Shown: positions 58,648 through 64,000 of the stretch, one piece after another
How the letters are laid out: every line of letters starts with the position of its first letter
Numbering within the stretch: position 1 is the stretch's first letter
Assembly: GCA_032123335.1 (NCBI GenBank)
Contig: JAQBFN010000020.1
Span: forward strand, 11,691 to 75,690
Direction: 5' to 3'
Source: Candidatus Micrarchaeota archaeon
GTDB taxonomy: Archaea > Micrarchaeota > Micrarchaeia > Anstonellales > Bilamarchaeaceae
DNA length: 64,000 bases
Notes under the pieces: generated by a model
Told to the model about the DNA's origin: nothing
Database searches by the model: none
Seen by the model: the letters and a program-made list of their open reading frames with translations, nothing else
Position numbers and translations under genes: made by a program

Positions 58648-60447
58648 TCACCCGGATATCTCATCATCTTTCCCATACTGCTTATCTGATTCAAATCCTT
58701 CATACTCAAGGTCAAACTGGAACAGGTGCCAATCCACATATCCATCAGAATCCTCCACTATTGCTGCACATGAATATGTTGTAATGCGGGTTTCCGCCGC
58801 ATTTACCCGCGCCTGGTGTGCAAGCCCCTTCAGCTTTGCCTGCATGTGCCCTATCGCACCATCCACAAGGTCTCCCGCATCATTTGAAATTTTCCCAAGC
58901 GCCCCAGGCGCAGCCTTGAAACCCAGGGTATAAACTCCCACAAAAGTCTTGAATCCCTCAAGCCCCAAATCCAGCGAGCGGTATGCTCCCTCCCTCCAGT
59001 CCTCTGATTTTGTGAGTGCGTGGAACCCGGTTGCAAGGTTCTGCGCATTTCCATTCAGCCCATTTGCAGCCTTGTAAATCCCCCCAACAACTCCAAACCG
59101 GTTTGCCCCCAGGTTTTTTGAAAGCCCTTCCAGGTTCGCCAGCTTCTCCTTGAATTCCACAGGATCCAGTTCATCCACTCCCTGCGCAGGCCCGGTCCAC
59201 TCAATGCTTTCGCTTGTTTCTCCGGAGTAAAATACACGTGAATACTCATCTGAATTTGCTGCTTCTCCTGAGTGCGTTCCAAGCTTTCCCCCAAAGCACC
59301 TGATGGTGTATTTCAGGTTCTTGGGCCCCTCATCCGCATCCTCCACTCCAATGGACAGCATGTGTATGAAGTATGCCTGTGCAGGGTCGGGACTTATGCT
59401 CATTTCCGTAATCTCTGGCACAGGGCTCTCCACCAAAACAGTCCCTGTTTTTGTTGTTGACCAGTCTTCTCCCCCGGAATGCTTCGCAGCAGTTATCTCC
59501 ACTTCCAGCTCCAGCGGGAACTCTTCATAATGAATCCTGTCAATGGACTTCATGCTCGGGAGCCCAAGAGTTGCGCTTGCAATCCCCCCTCCATCCGTGT
59601 ACTTCTTCACATCCATGAATCCCCAGTTTCCCAGGAGCCCGGTAAATTCAGGGTCAGAAACCCGGATATATACTTCCGCACCTTCAACTGCTTCCCCAGA
59701 GCCCCTTACAAGCTGGACCATGATGTCAACTTCTCCATTCCCGCTAATCACAACTGAACTGGGGGTAGTTTCCAAAAGTATATTTGGGGGCTCAGTATTC
59801 CTCTCACATCTCCCGGTTCCGGGATTGCAAGCAAATTCACACTCTTCAGAAAAGTATGTGCATTCCCCGCTGGAGGGCTCACATTCTCCATCATAATAAC
59901 TTATCTTGCCTTCACAGTGGGCTGGGCATGAAACCCCTTCGCAAGCGCCACTGCCCGGATCACCTGAAACACCCCCATACTCCTGGCACCAGGTATCCCA
60001 GATTTGCTGCCCATTGAGGCAGTATCCATCACGTTCATAGATAATCCTGCACTGCCCTGCGCAGGATTCACCCATCGCTTCACAAAGTTTCGTATCCGAA
60101 CTGTCAACCCCCATACAGTTGCACGACCTTCCGAGTTCCCTGCACTCTGCTTCACAGGAAGCAACACAAGCATGCTCTTCTTGTGTGTTTCCGCATTGTT
60201 GGTTCCACATCTCCTGGCCGCTCGGGCAATGTCCATCCCGGTTATATTCTACCTTGCATTGGAATGCACATATCCCTGCCCACATTGCTCGCTGATGCTC
60301 ATTATCCCCTTCCATATTCTTGCAGGGGCTCCCTGCTTCAGCAGCCGCATAGCAAGCATCCTGGCACCCCTGGCATGTGCCATCCTCTGCAAAAACCAGT
60401 GACAGGGAAGCTGCAATAAGCAGCACAACAAAAATCATCCTCTTCAT
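58648..60447 (-). CDS. Secreted Cys-rich protein with Ig-like domains
   Basis: Signal peptide; duplicated CxxxC...CAxQC...Y.RDG.C..GQ..W...C unit; VEGAEV...TDGGGIA Big-like motif. Confidence 0.75.
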   Translation of the reverse strand: MKRMIFVVLLIAASLSLVFAEDGTCQGCQDACYAAAEAGSPCKNMEGDNEHQRAMWAGICAFQCKVEYNRDGHCPSGQEMWNQQCGNTQEEHACVASCEAECRELGRSCNCMGVDSSDTKLCEAMGESCAGQCRIIYERDGYCLNGQQIWDTWCQEYGGVSGDPGSGACEGVSCPAHCEGKISYYDGECEPSSGECTYFSEECEFACNPGTGRCERNTEPPNILLETTPSSVVISGNGEVDIMVQLVRGSGEAVEGAEVYIRVSDPEFTGLLGNWGFMDVKKYTDGGGIASATLGLPSMKSIDRIHYEEFPLELEVEITAAKHSGGEDWSTTKTGTVLVESPVPEITEMSISPDPAQAYFIHMLSIGVEDADEGPKNLKYTIRCFGGKLGTHSGEAANSDEYSRVFYSGETSESIEWTGPAQGVDELDPVEFKEKLANLEGLSKNLGANRFGVVGGIYKAANGLNGNAQNLATGFHALTKSEDWREGAYRSLDLGLEGFKTFVGVYTLGFKAAPGALGKISNDAGDLVDGAIGHMQAKLKGLAHQARVNAAETRITTYSCAAIVEDSDGYVDWHLFQFDLEYEGFESDKQYGKDDEISG

Positions 60448-60512
60448 ATGCTAGCAACGAAAATCTTACATAAAAATCTTTTGGTTTGGAAAATAAGAAA
60501 AAGAAGGGGAGA

Positions 60513-61361
60513 TTAGCAAATCTCCTTTTCTACGCAATTATCTCCGAGAAGGTACTGCTTGCACAAATCGCTCATCGAATCAGGGCCAACAACAGGGCAC
60601 GTAGTAATCTCATGCCCGGTTGCATCGTAGATTGTTGAACCTCCGCCCGCGAGCGTGCTCACAGTCCTAAAGTGGTCTCCGCAAACATAAACCTTGTCTA
60701 CGTTTTCCTGCCCGCAGAATCCTTCCGCCATTTGATCAATCAAACCAGTGCAGTTTGTTTCCCATGGTCTTACGCACTCCTGAAGCTCTTCGCACCAGGA
60801 ATATCCAGCAGAACCGATGCATCCATGCTCATCAGAATCATTTCCCACCATTGGGGATTCCGGGCACTCAGTTTCCCAGGGCTGTATGCATTCCTGCAGG
60901 GATTCGCACCAGCTGTATCCTCCATCAGGAACACACCCATGCTCATCATACTGGCTGCATTTCCCATTCACGCAGCTTGCCGCTCCCATCCCGCAGTCCG
61001 CAACCGTAACGCATTCCGGGGCCTCTTCAGGGCACTCGGTTTCCCAGCTTCTTATGCATTCGCCCAGCGATTCGCACCAGCTGTATCCCGCAGAGCCTTT
61101 GCACCCATGCTCATCGGAATCGTTTCCAACAATTACCGGTTCTGTGCAATTTGTTTCCCAGGGCCTTATGCACTCTTGCAGTGGCTCACACCATGAATAT
61201 CCTGCAGAAGGTATGCATCCATGTTCATCCTTGTCCCCTCCAAGCAGAGGAGTGTCACCGCCATCTGTTGTGGTGCCATCATCTGGAGTCTGTTCCCCGC
61301 CCGGGCATCCAAACAGCAGGAGCCCAAACACAAGAAACGCAATAATCAGGTATTTTTTCAT
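60513..61361 (-). CDS. Lipoprotein with four DEHGC...GYSWCE...CIRPWE repeats
   Basis: Lipobox LLFGC; four repeats, also visible at DNA level. Confidence 0.88.
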   Translation of the reverse strand: MKKYLIIAFLVFGLLLFGCPGGEQTPDDGTTTDGGDTPLLGGDKDEHGCIPSAGYSWCEPLQECIRPWETNCTEPVIVGNDSDEHGCKGSAGYSWCESLGECIRSWETECPEEAPECVTVADCGMGAASCVNGKCSQYDEHGCVPDGGYSWCESLQECIQPWETECPESPMVGNDSDEHGCIGSAGYSWCEELQECVRPWETNCTGLIDQMAEGFCGQENVDKVYVCGDHFRTVSTLAGGGSTIYDATGHEITTCPVVGPDSMSDLCKQYLLGDNCVEKEIC

Positions 61362-61427
61362 TTTTTCACCTTAATTGAAGAAACTAAAAGAAGCAATACT
61401 TAAAAATCCCCCCGCATTCTGCAAAAT

Positions 61428-61700
61428 CTACTTTTTCCCGGTCAATTTGATTATGTGGTACCCAAACTGGGTTTTCACAGGCTTGGAAAAGTCTCCTTCA
61501 TTCATCTTGAATGCAACATCCTCAAACTCCTTCGCCATCTGCCCCTTCCCGAAGAAGCCCAGGTCTCCCCCGTTTGTCTTGCTCGGGCATTCTGAATAAT
61601 CCTTTGCAAGCTTTGCAAAATCCCTGCCTTTCTGCAGCTCCTTGTAAATCCATTTTACTTTGTCCTCACTTGAAACCAGAATATGGCTAGCCCTGACCAT
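61428..61700 (-). CDS. ppiC: Parvulin-type peptidyl-prolyl isomerase
   Basis: [33 protein letters not shown]. Confidence 0.95.
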   Translation of the reverse strand: MVRASHILVSSEDKVKWIYKELQKGRDFAKLAKDYSECPSKTNGGDLGFFGKGQMAKEFEDVAFKMNEGDFSKPVKTQFGYHIIKLTGKK

Positions 61701-61847
61701 CATATTATCACTCTATATGCTATTACGCTATCTCTTCACTACTTTAAAAACATCACTCAAACGCTGACCCTTGCTCCCCCTTCAACTTTCCCCATATGCA
61801 CCCCGAACGCAGCGCATCTTTTAATATTTCCCCCTGATTCCAACCTC

Positions 61848-62174
61848 ATGATGAAGTTCTTTGTGCTTGCACTGGTTTTTGTTGGAATGATATTTCTTTC
61901 GGGCTGCAATCTGGACCGTAATATCGCATTTGATGCCTTTAATTCGGGCGATCGCGAAGTAGGTCTCCACGGGGGCCAATTTATGGCATATTCAACCGAA
62001 GAGCTCAAGGTGATGCTAACTGAGCACTGCAGAGAAACCTGCCCTAGCATGGACTATGAGTACAGAAATACAAAGTACACCGTGTATGAAGAAGGCGGAA
62101 TGTATGTAGCAAGGGACCCCAAGTGCCTCTGCTTTGATCCAAACTATAAAAATGTACAAATTTTGAGTGATTGA
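61848..62174 (+). CDS. Small hypothetical lipoprotein
   Basis: Lipobox FLSGC; CxxxC and CxC. Confidence 0.65.
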   Translation: MMKFFVLALVFVGMIFLSGCNLDRNIAFDAFNSGDREVGLHGGQFMAYSTEELKVMLTEHCRETCPSMDYEYRNTKYTVYEEGGMYVARDPKCLCFDPNYKNVQILSD

Positions 62175-62195
62175 CTCCAAAGAGGGAGTCAACCC

Positions 62196-63212
62196 CTATT
62201 CTTTCTTGAACTTGCAAACTCCATCCTTTGTCATAAGCCCGGTTTCAAGCTCAGCGCCATTCGCAACCTTTAGCACAAAAGGAAGAATCATTGAGCTCAA
62301 GTGCTCAGATGAATCTTTTGCAATTGCAGTAGGCAAATTATCAATGCAGGCATGGGTTATCCCATCTACCTCATAGGTTGGGTTAGCCCATTTCGTTGGC
62401 ACACATGTTTCTATCCCCCCATTCTCATCACAGGAAATATCCACAATTAACGCAGTTTTCTTCATCAACCCCAACATTTCCCTTGTAACTACGTGCGGCT
62501 GCCCCGGATACCACGAAATAGCATTAACCAGGATATCTGTATCCGGCAGGTAATCCTCAATATGTGACGTATCTTTCTCCCTGAGCACCTGAGGAGTTAT
62601 TCCAGCATTTTTTAGGATTTCCTGCACACCCCTGGAAACATTCCCGGCCCCCATTATGTTGACAGCTATTTCCTCTTTCAAATCCAGCCCAGATAAACGG
62701 TTAAACGCCCCTTCCTTCCCCAAGGTTTTTATCTCCGGAAGCGAACTGAACGGATTCCCAAGCCCATTCTTCTCAAGCAATTCCCCATACTGCCTAAGCC
62801 CCTCATACATTCCAACAAGCCCTGCCTCATAGCCCAGGTTCACCATCCTCCTCCCCTCTTTATTCCTTATCTCCTCAAACGCATAACCCGTAACTCTTTT
62901 TTCAAGCAATTTCTCCAGCAGCGCAGGCGTCTGCCCCTTCTCCACATGCAGGTACCCCATCAGGATTTGGTTTTCCTCAAACGGGTCCACTGCCTCCACC
63001 TTTGCCTTCACAATCATCCTGTGCTTCCACACAGATTCCTCTATTTCTGCCCCATACTTTTCGTATTCCTCATCTGGGAACCCTGCCTTAATTCCAGCAT
63101 TGGTTTCAATAAAAACAGTATGTCCTGCCTCCACTAATTTCCCCACATCACTTGGAATAAGCGCAACTCTGGTTTCCCCTGCCTTTCTTTCTTTTGGTAT
63201 TCCTATATCCAT
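62196..63212 (-). CDS. AlaDH/PNT-family NAD(P) dehydrogenase (carboxyethyl-ornithine synthase / saccharopine dehydrogenase-like)
   Basis: GIPKERKAGETRVALIP, GAGNVSRG, IVDISCD, IDNLPT. Confidence 0.8.
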   Translation of the reverse strand: MDIGIPKERKAGETRVALIPSDVGKLVEAGHTVFIETNAGIKAGFPDEEYEKYGAEIEESVWKHRMIVKAKVEAVDPFEENQILMGYLHVEKGQTPALLEKLLEKRVTGYAFEEIRNKEGRRMVNLGYEAGLVGMYEGLRQYGELLEKNGLGNPFSSLPEIKTLGKEGAFNRLSGLDLKEEIAVNIMGAGNVSRGVQEILKNAGITPQVLREKDTSHIEDYLPDTDILVNAISWYPGQPHVVTREMLGLMKKTALIVDISCDENGGIETCVPTKWANPTYEVDGITHACIDNLPTAIAKDSSEHLSSMILPFVLKVANGAELETGLMTKDGVCKFKKE

Positions 63213-63692
63213 AAAATCAAACTCGTTGGATTACTTATGCACTTAGGACTAATAAAAATAGAACGCCCCGGGGATCTGAGTGAAAGATATTTGTGTTCTT
63301 ATAAGGTGAAATATGTATTTATAAGCTCTTCCCCTCCCGAATATGCATATGGCAGAGCAGCTTCAGCTGGAATTCAGAATAGCCCGTGTACACCGTGGAT
63401 GGAGAAAGGTTAGGGCAAGAGGCGTCAAAGTGCATGATCACAATCCTTATTGGAGTTATGCCAGGCATCTTCCCCCTCTCGTTTATTGTCCATAAAAAGA
63501 TTGCAATCCCCAGCACAATGAAGATTATAACCAGAGCAATGCATCTTCCCTGACTAATGCTTCATTTAATATCTCACTCGGTTGAGTAAATGGATTCATG
63601 CATTTTTTGAGGTATGAGTACATAAAACTACTTGCATGGGGATTTAAAAAGCGGGTTCTGGGGGTTTAGGATTGAGTCTGTTTCTTCCTTAC

Positions 63693-64000
63693 TTAGCGTG
63701 CGTCATTTTCAAATTCCTCAATCAGAGCATCAATATCAATCTTCTTTTGTTCCTTACGATATGCATCCAACAGTTCATCCCAGATATCTTTCATGTTCTT
63801 CTCAAATTTGGGAAAGGCGCCCATGAGTTGTTTGCCTTCGTACATAACTTGATGTGTCTCCCATACATGTGCAAACTCATTTCTCACCTTTTTTGTTTTC
63901 ATTAATTTCTGAACGAGTTTCTCTTCAAGAAGCCCCCACTCTTCAAGAACCTTTATCTTCCAGTGTAGGTCAATCTGTCCTAAGAGGGCATCTAACTCCC
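63693..64000 (-). CDS. Partial HEPN/MtlR-like protein (5'-truncated)
   Basis: Frame is open to the window end: ...WKIKVLEEWGLL...KVRNEFAH (R-x4-H). Confidence 0.6.
   Translation of the reverse strand, partial: ELDALLGQIDLHWKIKVLEEWGLLEEKLVQKLMKTKKVRNEFAHVWETHQVMYEGKQLMGAFPKFEKNMKDIWDELLDAYRKEQKKIDIDALIEEFENDAR

Noticed and set aside
60760..61250. DNA-level repeats near 61 kb as a non-coding array
   Set aside because: They are fully explained by in-frame protein repeats of the lipoprotein at 60513-61361.
861..62050. Many long antisense or alternate-frame ORFs (e.g. 861-1610, 1747-2559, 29817-30857, 33444-34340, 34956-35894)
   Set aside because: They are shadows of well-supported genes on the opposite strand, with no motifs of their own.
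63319..63560. Possible small membrane-protein ORF
   Set aside because: A hydrophobic stretch is present but there is no convincing start codon or motif; it cannot be told from a gene remnant or noise.

Overview
Archaeal chromosomal window. Gene content and style suggest a DPANN organism, probably Micrarchaeota-like; this is an inference, not a database result. Housekeeping genes include EF-2 (3' part), EF-1alpha, uS10, eL18-uL13-uS9-RpoN-tRNA-Pro-uS2, SerRS, TyrRS, topoisomerase VI A/B, NMD3, a KH/Pno1 protein and five intron-less tRNAs (Glu, His, Thr, Pro, Leu). No CRISPR array, integrase or transposase was found. Highlights: (1) a convergent pta-ackA-acpS >< acp-DUF35-thiolase cluster, putting a bacterial-type acyl carrier protein system in an archaeon; (2) a 1875-aa orphan membrane protein coupled to a Cys-rich lipoprotein with lytic transglycosylase (SLT) motifs, preceded by a PLD nuclease; (3) a minimal 371-aa [FeFe]-hydrogenase; (4) three proteins with a CGP-CTERM-like C-terminal tag; (5) three covarying hairpins in tandem behind tRNA-Leu; (6) a LysM/Lrp regulator with three perfect palindromic operators, divergent from a formyltransferase-M20 deacylase pair; (7) a duplicated His/Cys-motif protein inside an Lrp-SufS-SufU operon. 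All protein calls come from motif recognition by eye.
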